The position numbers and the translations under genes were made by a program. Below are positions 11,111-19,883 of a DNA stretch of 64,000 bases, piece by piece. This DNA is from Alphaproteobacteria bacterium. Lineage in GTDB: Bacteria; Pseudomonadota; Alphaproteobacteria; CALKHQ01. The notes beneath the pieces were generated by a model. That model was not told the origin of the DNA, searched no databases, and saw only the letters and a program-made list of their open reading frames with translations. The stretch covers positions 3,168,001 through 3,232,000 of the forward strand of contig CBDDFZ010000001.1 in the NCBI GenBank assembly GCA_965227515.1. The letters run 5' to 3'. Within the stretch, counting starts at the first letter, position 1. The number at the start of each line of letters is the position of its first letter.

Positions 11111-12277
11111 TCAGCCTGTAAGGTTCTGAAAGAACGACACAATGCCATCGAATCGCATCAGGTCGATGACAGTGGTCGTCACAAATAGCCCAATAATCAC
11201 CACCAAGCCAAATCCCATCGAAAGCTCGATCGCGCGCTGCCCCAGCGGGCGCCCGCGGATACCCTCGATGGCATAGAACAGCAGGTGACCGCCATCCAGA
11301 ACCGGGATCGGGAACAGGTTGATCAGGCCCAGGCTGATGGACAGCAAGGCGATGAAGTTGATCATCGTGATGATGCCCAGGTCGGCCACCTGGCCGGACA
11401 TCTGCGCGATCCGCACCACGCCGCCGACATCGTCGGTGGAGCGCGACCCGATGATGATCTGGCCGACAGCGCGGAGCGTCATCACGCTGAGGTTGTAGGT
11501 CTCCGCAATCCCCGCGCCGACGGCGTCGATCGGCCCCAGTGGCTCGGCCGCCGACACCGTCTGGGTGATGCCGAGCTGGGCGACGCGGGTGACGTTGCCC
11601 AGCGGGTCGGTCCGCTCGACGATGCGCGGCGTGACCGTCAGCTCGACCTGGTTGCCGCCACGGTCGATCAGCAGCACCACCGGCGAGCCGTCGTTGATGT
11701 GAATGTGGCGCTGCAGTTCCTCGAAGGTGTCGATTTCGCTGCCATCGACCTCCAGGATGCGGTCGCCGGGCTGCATCCCGGCCTCTTCCGCCGCGCTGTC
11801 CTGCACCACCGTGCCGGCGATGGGGGCCGTCGTCGGTGCGCCGACGAACATGAACAGGCCGGCGAACACCACCGCGGCCAGGATAAAATTGGCAATCGGC
11901 CCGCCGGCGACGATGGCCATGCGCTGCCAGAGCCTTTTGTGCGGGAACGCCTGGGCGCGGTACTGCTCGTAGGTCAGCCCGTGCTTGTCCAGCATCTCCT
12001 GCATGGCCGGGTCGTTCCGCATGTCCTCCGGCCCGGTCAGCGACTGCTCGCCGCCCAGCATCTTGACGTAGCCGCCCAGCGGCAGCGCACTCACCCGCCA
12101 GCGGGTGCCGCGCCGGTCGCGCCAGCCGAACAGTTCCGGCCCGAAGCCGATGGAGAACACCTCAACCTTCACGCCGCACCAGCGCGCGGTCAGGTAATGG
12201 CCCAGCTCATGAATGAAGACCAGAACGGTCAAGACGATCAGAAACGGGATCGCGATGTCCGCTATGAAGTCCAGCAT
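11111..12277 (-). CDS. rseP: RIP metalloprotease RseP
   Basis: HELGH, FSIGFG, PLGGYV, PDZ domain, NLFPIPVLDGG. Confidence 0.96.
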   Translation of the reverse strand: MLDFIADIAIPFLIVLTVLVFIHELGHYLTARWCGVKVEVFSIGFGPELFGWRDRRGTRWRVSALPLGGYVKMLGGEQSLTGPEDMRNDPAMQEMLDKHGLTYEQYRAQAFPHKRLWQRMAIVAGGPIANFILAAVVFAGLFMFVGAPTTAPIAGTVVQDSAAEEAGMQPGDRILEVDGSEIDTFEELQRHIHINDGSPVVLLIDRGGNQVELTVTPRIVERTDPLGNVTRVAQLGITQTVSAAEPLGPIDAVGAGIAETYNLSVMTLRAVGQIIIGSRSTDDVGGVVRIAQMSGQVADLGIITMINFIALLSISLGLINLFPIPVLDGGHLLFYAIEGIRGRPLGQRAIELSMGFGLVVIIGLFVTTTVIDLMRFDGIVSFFQNLTG

Positions 12278-12364
12278 GTCATCTGTCCTAACAACCCTCG
12301 CGCCCGCGCCTCGCCGACCTGGCGAGGCCCCCACGCCGCGTCGCGCTTGCCGACGACAACATAG

Positions 12365-13540
12365 TCACAGCGCGCGCCGTTCAACAACCCTCTCTGCCAC
12401 CTGCCGCGCCCCACGGTCGGCGTCGAACACGTCGTCCAGGCACGCTATCGGCGAAAACGACATCTCATCAAGGGTTTGCGCGATCACATCGGTCATGACG
12501 AGGTAGCCGAGGCGGCGTTCGAGAAACGCTGCAACCGCCACTTCGTTCGCTGCATTGAGCGCGATCGGCGCACTGCCCCCTGCCGACAGTGCCTGGTCTG
12601 CCAGATCCAGCGCGGGAAATCGCGTCCGGTCCGGCGTCTCGAAAGTCAACTGCCCGATCGCGGCAAGATCAAGGCGGTCGCCCGGCAGCGCAAGCCGCTC
12701 CGGCCAGCCGAGGGCATAGGCTATGGGGACGCGCATGTCCGGCAGGCCAAGCTGCGCCAGTACCGATCCGTCGCGATAGGCGACCATGCTGTGCACGATG
12801 GACTGCGGGTGCACCACCACCTCGATCTGGGCGTGCGTGACCGGGAACAGCCGTGCCGCCTCGATCACCTCCAGGCCCTTGTTCATCATGGTGGCGCTGT
12901 CGACCGAGATCTTGGCGCCCATGTCCCAGTTGGGATGGGCGACCGCCTGCTCCGGCGTGACGTCGGCCAGCGTCTCACGCGGGCGCTCACGGAACGGTCC
13001 GCCGGATGCCGTCAGGATGATTTTATCTATGGTTTTCGGCTGGTTGCGGTCCAATACTTGAAAGATCGCATTATGTTCGGAATCGACCGGCAGCAGGGTC
13101 GCGCCATGCCGCGCCGCGGCACCGGTCATCAATTCGCCGGCACAGACCAGGCTTTCCTTGCTGGCAAGCCCCACCGCGGCACCGCGTTCCACCGCCGCCA
13201 TCATCGGTGCAAGTGCTGCGAAGCCGACGATGCCGCCCATCACGAAATCGGTGGGCCGTCGCGCCGCCTCCACCACTGCGTCCGGACCGGCAGCGACCTC
13301 GATGCCGCTGCCTTCGAGCGCTGTCTTCAGCGCCGCATGGTGAACGGCATTGCCGATGGCGACGAATTCCGGCGCGTGCCGGCGCGCGGCGGCGATCAAC
13401 GCATCTACACTGTTGTTCGCGGTCAGCGCCGAGACCCGAAAACGGTCCCGATGGCGGTCGATCACATCCAGGGTCTGCTGGCCGACCGATCCGGTGGCGC
13501 CGAGCACCGCGACGCTGCGTTGCGGCCCCTGCTCCGTCAC
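12365..13540 (-). CDS. dxr: 1-deoxy-D-xylulose 5-phosphate reductoisomerase
   Basis: LGATGSVG, PVDSEHNA, TASGGPF, HPNWDMGAKISVDSATMMNKGLE. Confidence 0.97.
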   Translation of the reverse strand: MTEQGPQRSVAVLGATGSVGQQTLDVIDRHRDRFRVSALTANNSVDALIAAARRHAPEFVAIGNAVHHAALKTALEGSGIEVAAGPDAVVEAARRPTDFVMGGIVGFAALAPMMAAVERGAAVGLASKESLVCAGELMTGAAARHGATLLPVDSEHNAIFQVLDRNQPKTIDKIILTASGGPFRERPRETLADVTPEQAVAHPNWDMGAKISVDSATMMNKGLEVIEAARLFPVTHAQIEVVVHPQSIVHSMVAYRDGSVLAQLGLPDMRVPIAYALGWPERLALPGDRLDLAAIGQLTFETPDRTRFPALDLADQALSAGGSAPIALNAANEVAVAAFLERRLGYLVMTDVIAQTLDEMSFSPIACLDDVFDADRGARQVAERVVERRAL

Positions 13541-13591
13541 GGCCCCCGCTCCGTCACGGTCCCCACTCCGTCACGGCCCCCACTCCGTCAC
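13524..13591 (-). repeat. 4 x 17-bp tandem repeat GTGACGGAGyrGGGrCC spanning the cdsA stop and dxr start
   Basis: Units at 13575-13591, 13558-13574, 13541-13557, 13524-13540, read directly. Confidence 0.95.
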
Positions 13592-14322
13592 GGCGCCGCC
13601 GACCCGCCGATGGCCAGGATCGAGCCGCCGATCGCCAGCTCGGCCAGGGCAGCAACGATGCAGGCGGCGATCAGCCCGTCGAACCGGTCGAGCACGCCGC
13701 CATGGCCGGGAATGAGCGTGCCCGTGTCCTTCACGTTCACCAGCCGCTTGGCGCGGGATTCCAGCAAGTCGCCGGCCTGCGCCACCACGGCCACCACTGC
13801 GCCCGCCAGCGCCAGCAGCCCGATGTTCGGCGATGCGACCAGCCAGCCGACCAGCGCGCTGGCCGCCGCCGCCGCGACGATGCCGACGATAAGGCCCGAC
13901 CACGTCTTGGCCGGGCTGATGGAGGGCGCCAATTTCGGCCCGCCGATGTTGCGCCCGCCGATGAAGGCAAAGATGTCGGTGGCCGCGACGCAGCCGACGA
14001 TCCAGAACAGCGTGTCGCGCCCGGCCACATGGTCGCGGGTGCCGTCGGGGCCGAAATAGAGCATCAGGAACGCGGCGGCCGCCAGACCGATCCAGGCGAT
14101 GCCGCCCCAGGCCCAGACGGTCGGCAAGCCACGCTTGATGAGGCCGACCCATTCCACGAACGCGAGCGACATCACGGTGCCGACCAGGACCGCTACGCCC
14201 ATGCCGCCGGCCATGACCGCGGCGATACCGACGCCGACCAGGCAGACACCGGCAATGCTGCGTTGCAGCAGCACGCGCGGCGGTGGTGCTGCCCGCCGGG
14301 TGGTTGGCATGTCAGCCCGCAT
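13588..14322 (-). CDS. cdsA: Phosphatidate cytidylyltransferase
   Basis: ISPAKTWSG, GDLLES..KR..VKDTG.LIPGHGGVLDRFD. Confidence 0.95.
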   Translation of the reverse strand: MRADMPTTRRAAPPPRVLLQRSIAGVCLVGVGIAAVMAGGMGVAVLVGTVMSLAFVEWVGLIKRGLPTVWAWGGIAWIGLAAAAFLMLYFGPDGTRDHVAGRDTLFWIVGCVAATDIFAFIGGRNIGGPKLAPSISPAKTWSGLIVGIVAAAAASALVGWLVASPNIGLLALAGAVVAVVAQAGDLLESRAKRLVNVKDTGTLIPGHGGVLDRFDGLIAACIVAALAELAIGGSILAIGGSAAP

Positions 14323-14385
14323 CGACGCCGCTTGCCATCGGTGTGTGCGGGCGCACGTCGTCTCGCCAGGGCACCAAGGCCGGGA

Positions 14386-15132
14386 TCAGCTCAGTTGATG
14401 GCTGGCGAGGCCGTAGCGCCGCTCGCGCCGGCCGAATTCCATCACCGCGTCCGCCAGGTGCTGGCGCGTGAAGTCGGGCCACAGGGTGTCGGTGAACATC
14501 AACTCCGCGTACGCGCACTGCCAGAGCAGGAAGTTGCTGATGCGCTGCTCGCCGCTGGTGCGGATCAGCAAATCCGGGTCCGGAATGTCGTGGGTCGACA
14601 ACGCGCCGGATACCTGGGTTTCGTCGATGTCCTCGGCCGCCAGTTCGCCGTCGCGGACCCGCGCCGCCAGCGCCTGGGTCGCCCGCACGATATCGTCGCG
14701 GCCGCCATAGCTGAGCGCGATGACCAGGTTGAGGCCGGTATTGGCCCCGGTCATCTGTTCCGCGTCCTCGATCAGCGCGCGGATGTCCTTGGCCAACCGG
14801 TCGCGATTGCCGATCACGCGCAGGCGCACGCCATTGCGATGCAGTTCGGAGATCTCGCTGCGCAGGTAGCGGCGCAGCAGGCCCATCAGGTCCTCGACCT
14901 CGGTGAGCGGACGGCGCCAGTTCTCGGACGAGAAGCCGAACAGAGTCAGGTACTTGATGCCGAGCTCGCCCGCCGCCCGCGTCGCCTCGCGCACCGCGTC
15001 CGCCCCCCGGCGGTGCCCCGCGATCCGCGGCAGCCCGCGACTGCGCGCCCAACGCCCGTTGCCGTCCATGATGATGGCGACATGGACCGGAATGTCGGCG
15101 GAGGCGTGGTCGGGGGCGGCTTCCGGCATCAC
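14386..15132 (-). CDS. uppS: Undecaprenyl diphosphate synthase
   Basis: HVAIIMDGNGRWA, FSSENWRRP, IRTSGEQRISNFLLWQ. Confidence 0.97.
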   Translation of the reverse strand: MMPEAAPDHASADIPVHVAIIMDGNGRWARSRGLPRIAGHRRGADAVREATRAAGELGIKYLTLFGFSSENWRRPLTEVEDLMGLLRRYLRSEISELHRNGVRLRVIGNRDRLAKDIRALIEDAEQMTGANTGLNLVIALSYGGRDDIVRATQALAARVRDGELAAEDIDETQVSGALSTHDIPDPDLLIRTSGEQRISNFLLWQCAYAELMFTDTLWPDFTRQHLADAVMEFGRRERRYGLASHQLS

Positions 15133-15134
15133 AT

Positions 15135-15710
15135 TCAGACCTGCATGATTTCCTGTTCTTTCGCGGCCAGCAGGTCGTCGATTTCCTTCACCGTCGCATC
15201 GGTCGCGGTCTGGATGTCACTGCCGAGCGAGTGATGCTCGTCCTGCGAGATGTCGCCATCCTTCTCCTGGCGCTTCAACGTCTCCATGCCGTCGCGGCGG
15301 ACGTTGCGCACGGCCACCCGCGCCTGCTCGGCATATTTGCCGGCCACCCGCGAGAGTTCCTGGCGCCGTTCCTCGTTCAGCTCCGGCAGCGGCACCCGCA
15401 CGGTCTGACCTTCCGTCGCAGGATTGAGCCCCAACCCACTGTCGCGGATCGCCTTTTCTACCGCCTTGGTCAGCGACTGGTCCCACACCTGGACCGACAG
15501 CATTCTGGCGTCGACGACGCTGACCGACCCGACCTGGCTGATCGGCATGGTGCCGCCATAGGCCTCGACCTGGACCGGTTCCAGAAGGTTGGTCGACGCC
15601 CGCCCGGTGCGCAGGCCGCCGAACTCCTGTTTCAGCACTTCAACCGCACCATGCATGCGTCGCTTGATGTCTTTCATACTAAACGATGTTCCGCCGTCCT
15701 CGTTGCTCAC
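15135..15710 (-). CDS. frr: Ribosome recycling factor
   Basis: LRTGRA, LGLNP, EERR, RNVRRD. Confidence 0.97.
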   Translation of the reverse strand: MSNEDGGTSFSMKDIKRRMHGAVEVLKQEFGGLRTGRASTNLLEPVQVEAYGGTMPISQVGSVSVVDARMLSVQVWDQSLTKAVEKAIRDSGLGLNPATEGQTVRVPLPELNEERRQELSRVAGKYAEQARVAVRNVRRDGMETLKRQEKDGDISQDEHHSLGSDIQTATDATVKEIDDLLAAKEQEIMQV

Positions 15711-15762
15711 GTATCCCTCCCCGCCGTCCCGCTCTCCGGCGGGATGACGTTGTGTTCGTCGC

Positions 15763-16500
15763 TCAGGCCGCCTCGTCGCAGATGACCGTGAACTGGCCCT
15801 GCCCGCAGGCGACCCTCGCGAAATTGCCCGCCGTGGTGATCGAGAACACCACGACTGGAAATCCGCTCTCGCGGGCCAAGGATATCGCAGAATGGTCCAT
15901 CACGGCCAGATCGCGCGACAGCACCTGATGATACGTCAGCCGGTCGTACCACTGCGCGTCGGGATCGCGCTTCGGATCGGCGCTGTAGACGCCGTCCACC
16001 TTGGTGCCCTTCATCAGCACGTCGCAGCCCATTTCGCTGGCGCGCAGCGCGGCGGCGGTGTCGGTGGTGAAGAACGGGTTGCCGGTGCCGGCGGCGAAGA
16101 TGACCACCCGGCGTTTTTCCATGTGCCGGATCGCGCGACGGCGGATGAACGGCTCACACACCGTGTCCATCGGAATGGCGGACTGCACCCGGGTGTGGAT
16201 GCCCAGCCGCTCCAGCGCGCTTTGCATGGCCAGCGCGTTGATCAGCGTCGCCAGCATGCCCATGTGGTCGGCGCTGGCCCGGTCCATGCCGGTGGCGGCG
16301 CCGGACACGCCGCGGAAGATGTTGCCGCCGCCGACCACGATGCACAGCTCGCAGCCCAGATTGTGGACGTCCTGGATATCGGTGGCGATGCGGCCGACCG
16401 CCTCGTTGCTGAGCCCGAAGCGGTCGTCACCCATCAGGGCTTCGCCCGATAGTTTCAGAAGGATGCGGCGAAACACCGGTTTGGGGGCATCGTTCGGCAT
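15763..16500 (-). CDS. pyrH: UMP kinase
   Basis: [25 protein letters not shown]. Confidence 0.97.
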   Translation of the reverse strand: MPNDAPKPVFRRILLKLSGEALMGDDRFGLSNEAVGRIATDIQDVHNLGCELCIVVGGGNIFRGVSGAATGMDRASADHMGMLATLINALAMQSALERLGIHTRVQSAIPMDTVCEPFIRRRAIRHMEKRRVVIFAAGTGNPFFTTDTAAALRASEMGCDVLMKGTKVDGVYSADPKRDPDAQWYDRLTYHQVLSRDLAVMDHSAISLARESGFPVVVFSITTAGNFARVACGQGQFTVICDEAA

Positions 16501-16525
16501 CGCCGTATCCTCTCTGTGCGTTTTG

Positions 16526-17446
16526 TCAGCCGGCGAGCTGCGCCACCTCAGCCGCAAAGTCGTCCTCGGCCTTCTCGACCCCCTCGCCCAGGACGAACTT
16601 GGTGAACGCCGCCACCGCGACCGGCGCGCCGGCATCCTTGGCCGCCTGCTCAAGCACCTTGCCGACCTTGGTCTCGTTGTCGATGACGAAGACCTGCTCG
16701 GTCAGCACCACTTCCTCATAATACTTGCGCATCCGGCCTTCGATCATCTTCTCGATGATCTCCTCCGGCTTGCCGCTCTCGCGGGCTTGGTCGCGCAGGA
16801 TCGCGCGCTCGCGCTCGATCATTGCCGGGTCCAGGCTGTCGCGGCTGGGCGCCTGCGGGTTGGCGGCCGCCACATGCATGGCGATCTGCTTGCCGAGCGG
16901 CTCCAGCATATCGGCCGCGCCGGTGGACTGCATGCCGACCAGAACGCCGATCTTGCCAAGGCCCGGTGCCACGGCGCCGTGCACATAGGGGGCGACGACG
17001 CCGGCGTCGACCGTCAGCGTCTCCATCCGGCGGATGGTCATGTTCTCGCCGATGGTCGCGATCAGGTTGGTCAGCTCCTCGGCCACCGTCCGGTCGGAGC
17101 CGGGATAGGCCGCGGCCCCGAGCGCGTCGAGGTCGCCGGCGTCGAGCGACAGCTTCGCCGCGGTCGCCACGAAGGCCTGGAACTTCTCGTTCCGGGCCAC
17201 GAAGTCGGTTTCGGCATTCACTTCGACCAAGGCACCGCGGTTGCCGCTGACCGCGACTCCGACCAGGCCCTCGGCCGCCACGCGGCCGGCCTTCTTCGCC
17301 GCCGCCGACAGGCCCTTCTTGCGCAGCCAGTCGACCGCCGCCTCGACGTCGCCGTCAACCTCGGACAGCGCCTTCTTGCAATCCATCATGCCGGCGCCGG
17401 TCTTGTCGCGCAGCTGTTTGACCAATGCCGCTGAAATCTGCGCCAT
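16526..17446 (-). CDS. tsf: Elongation factor Ts
   Basis: [22 protein letters not shown]. Confidence 0.98.
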   Translation of the reverse strand: MAQISAALVKQLRDKTGAGMMDCKKALSEVDGDVEAAVDWLRKKGLSAAAKKAGRVAAEGLVGVAVSGNRGALVEVNAETDFVARNEKFQAFVATAAKLSLDAGDLDALGAAAYPGSDRTVAEELTNLIATIGENMTIRRMETLTVDAGVVAPYVHGAVAPGLGKIGVLVGMQSTGAADMLEPLGKQIAMHVAAANPQAPSRDSLDPAMIERERAILRDQARESGKPEEIIEKMIEGRMRKYYEEVVLTEQVFVIDNETKVGKVLEQAAKDAGAPVAVAAFTKFVLGEGVEKAEDDFAAEVAQLAG

Positions 17447-17523
17447 GGTTCGTCACCTCATTCGTTCATCGTCTATGGATCAGCGCCCGGGCGCCCGAAC
17501 GGCACCCACGGCGCGGCTGATAA

Positions 17524-18555
17524 TCAGGCTTCGGCCGACTTCTCTTCGGTAGCCCCGGCGTCGGGAGTGGCCGCATCGTCAGCCGCGGCATTCGCTTCCG
17601 CCTTTTCCTCCAGGGCCGCCACCGTTTCCGGATCGCCAATCTTTTCCGCCATCGTGGCGTCCGAGGTCGGCGCTGCCGCCTGTTCCTCGGTTGCGGCTTC
17701 CGGAGCAGCTTCCGGAGTTGCTTCGGGGGCAGCCTCAGCGGCGGCTTCCGCCGGCGCCTCGTCGACGTGTTCGGCTTCCGCCGTCGCCTCGATCTCAGCG
17801 TCGGACAGCGCGCCCTCCGCCTCCGGTTCCGCGGATTCGCCGACATCGACGCCCTGCGCCACCATCATCGACTGCAGGCCGTCCAGAACCGCGTCCGACG
17901 CAAGCTGCAGGTAGAGGTTGATGGCCCGCAGCGCATCGTCGTTGCCCGGGATCGGATAGGAGACGCCATCGGGATCGGAGTTGCTGTCGATCACCGCCAC
18001 CACGGGGATGCGCAGCTTGTTGGCCTCCTGGACCGCGATCATGTCCTTGTTCACATCCAGCACGAACAGCATGTCCGGCAGGGCGCCCATGTCCTTGATG
18101 CCGCCAAGCGCGCGCTCCAGCTTGTCGCGCTCGCGGGTCAGGAACAGAAGCTCGCGCTTGGTCATGCCCAGGCTCTCGTTGGACTCGAGCTGGGCGTCCA
18201 GTTCGCGCAGGCGCTTGATGGAGTTGGAGATGGTCTGCCAGTTGGTCAACATGCCGCCGAGCCAGCGGTGATTGACGAAGTACTGGCCGCAGCGCTTGGC
18301 GTAGTCGGCCACCCGCTCGCTCGCCTGGCGCTTGGTGCCGACGAACAGGATACGCCCGCCACCGGCGGAGATGTCGCGGATCGCCTGCAGCGCCTGATCG
18401 AGCAGCGGCACGGTCTGCTGCAGGTCGATGATGTGCACGTTGTTGCGCGCGCCGAAGATGTACTGCGACATCTTCGGGTTCCAACGACGGGTGCTGTGGC
18501 CGAAGTGGACGCCTGCTTCCAGGAGCTGGCGCATGCTGAAGTTCGGAAGAGCCAT
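17524..18555 (-). CDS. rpsB: 30S ribosomal protein S2 with long Ala/Glu-rich tail
   Basis: [29 protein letters not shown]. Confidence 0.98.
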   Translation of the reverse strand: MALPNFSMRQLLEAGVHFGHSTRRWNPKMSQYIFGARNNVHIIDLQQTVPLLDQALQAIRDISAGGGRILFVGTKRQASERVADYAKRCGQYFVNHRWLGGMLTNWQTISNSIKRLRELDAQLESNESLGMTKRELLFLTRERDKLERALGGIKDMGALPDMLFVLDVNKDMIAVQEANKLRIPVVAVIDSNSDPDGVSYPIPGNDDALRAINLYLQLASDAVLDGLQSMMVAQGVDVGESAEPEAEGALSDAEIEATAEAEHVDEAPAEAAAEAAPEATPEAAPEAATEEQAAAPTSDATMAEKIGDPETVAALEEKAEANAAADDAATPDAGATEEKSAEA

Positions 18556-18570
18556 GATTTGCCTCGTGTT

Positions 18571-18660
18571 TTCCGGTTTGACCATACATGGACAAGGTCT
18601 CGGTCGAACCAGTCGCCCGAAACACCGGAAGGGCCGCCAAACGGCGACCTCATGCCCATG
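18571..18660 (-). promoter_or_regulatory. Putative S2 autoregulatory leader (pseudoknot)
   Basis: Interleaved stems on the minus strand: CATGGGCA(18660-18653)/TGTCCATG(18594-18587) and TTCCGGT(18630-18624)/ACCGGAA(18577-18571). Confidence 0.6.
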
Positions 18661-18677
18661 CGCGGATTTGTGCGCGG

Positions 18678-18706
18678 GTGATAGCGACAGACGGCGGAAA
18701 AAGCAA
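18678..18706 (-). promoter_or_regulatory. Putative sigma70 promoter of rpsB-tsf
   Basis: TTGCTT-N17-TATCAC just upstream of the leader. Confidence 0.5.
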
Positions 18707-18788
18707 GGGTTGTGAGACGTATTTGGCGCTGCGCCGGGTGCCACTTCTATGCTGGATTCTTGCCGTTGCCGCTCCGGCAGCATATGAC

Positions 18789-19073
18789 ATGGAACAAATG
18801 AGCCACACTGAGCCAAATCTGACCATCGACGCCGATCTTGAGGCACGCCTCAGTGCCCTCGCCGCGCGGACCGGTCGTACCGTCTCCGACCTGGCGGAGA
18901 CGGTCCTGCGCCGTCATGCCGATGAACAGGAACGCTTGATCGCGGAACTGGCGGAGGATGAGGCCCGCTGGCAGCACTACCTCGCCAGCAGAACGTCGGT
19001 AGCCTTCGACGATGTCCACCGGCGGCTGCGCCATCTTGCTGCGGAGGCGGCCGCGAAGTCCGAAGCGACTTGA
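18789..19073 (+). CDS. Ribbon-helix-helix (CopG-like) antitoxin
   Basis: [31 protein letters not shown] (RHH pattern); ARWQHYL...VAFDDV C-terminus; stop overlaps a toxin-like start. Confidence 0.7.
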   Translation: MEQMSHTEPNLTIDADLEARLSALAARTGRTVSDLAETVLRRHADEQERLIAELAEDEARWQHYLASRTSVAFDDVHRRLRHLAAEAAAKSEAT

Positions 19074-19159
19074 ACTTCGTCTTTCTCCCGGAGGCTGTCG
19101 AGGACATCGACCGCCTCTATCACTTCCTTGTCGGCAGGGAAAACCGGGACCGCAACTGA
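19070..19159 (+). pseudogene. Truncated RelE/ParE-family toxin (29 aa remnant)
   Basis: TTG overlapping the antitoxin TGA; [29 protein letters not shown] resembles the ParE N-terminus. Confidence 0.65.
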
Positions 19160-19182
19160 CGGCGGCAGACAATCGTCCAGGC

Positions 19183-19821
19183 TCAGCCGATGTGGTCGAC
19201 GTTCGCGACCGCGATCCGCTTCTCCGCGAAGCTCGCCACCGCCGCTTCCAGGCTGCCGTGCAGGTCGACCGCGCGGCAGGCATCCTCCACCACGATGGAC
19301 TCGAACCCCTGGCGCGCCGCGTCCTCGGCGGTGAACCGCACGCACACGTCCAGCGCCAGCCCGGTGCAGAACACGCGCTTGAAGCCGCGTTCGCGCAGAT
19401 AGCCGGTCAATCCGGTCGGCGTCGTCTTGTCGTTCTCGAAGAAGGCCGAGTAGCTGTCGATCTGTTGGCGGAAGCCCTTGCGGATGACCAGTTCGTTGTG
19501 CGGCACGTCCAGCCCGTCGTGGAATGCCGCGCCGGGAGTCCGCTGCACGCAATGGTCCGGCCACAGGGTCTGGGTGCCATAAGGCATCTCGATGGTCTCG
19601 AACGGCTGCTTGCCGGCGTGCTGGGACGCGAACGACGCATGGCCCTCCGGGTGCCAGTCCTGGGTGAACACCACATGGGCAAACGACTGGGCCAGCCGGT
19701 TGATCAGCGGCACCACTTCGTCGCCGCCCGAAATCGCCAGGCTGCCGCCGGGGCAGAAATCGTTCTGTACGTCGACTACCAACAGCACGTCGGTCGCCGC
19801 ATCCACCGTAAGGTCGCTCAT
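19183..19821 (-). CDS. pncA: Nicotinamidase/pyrazinamidase
   Basis: VVDVQNDFCPGGSL, TQDWHP, WPDHC, IRKG, GLALDVCV. Confidence 0.95.
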   Translation of the reverse strand: MSDLTVDAATDVLLVVDVQNDFCPGGSLAISGGDEVVPLINRLAQSFAHVVFTQDWHPEGHASFASQHAGKQPFETIEMPYGTQTLWPDHCVQRTPGAAFHDGLDVPHNELVIRKGFRQQIDSYSAFFENDKTTPTGLTGYLRERGFKRVFCTGLALDVCVRFTAEDAARQGFESIVVEDACRAVDLHGSLEAAVASFAEKRIAVANVDHIG

Positions 19822-19883
19822 CGTCCCTGCCCCATCGTCGGCCCTTAAAGGCTGGAGTGTCGTTGCGCTGCGCGGTGCGAAAT

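Noticed and set aside
13524-13591. Possible CRISPR array (also considered for 45039-45210)
   Set aside because: Units are contiguous with no unique spacers, and there are no cas genes in the window.
17524-17850. Long acidic tail of S2 as a novel domain
   Set aside because: Low-complexity Ala/Glu extensions are common in S2 proteins.
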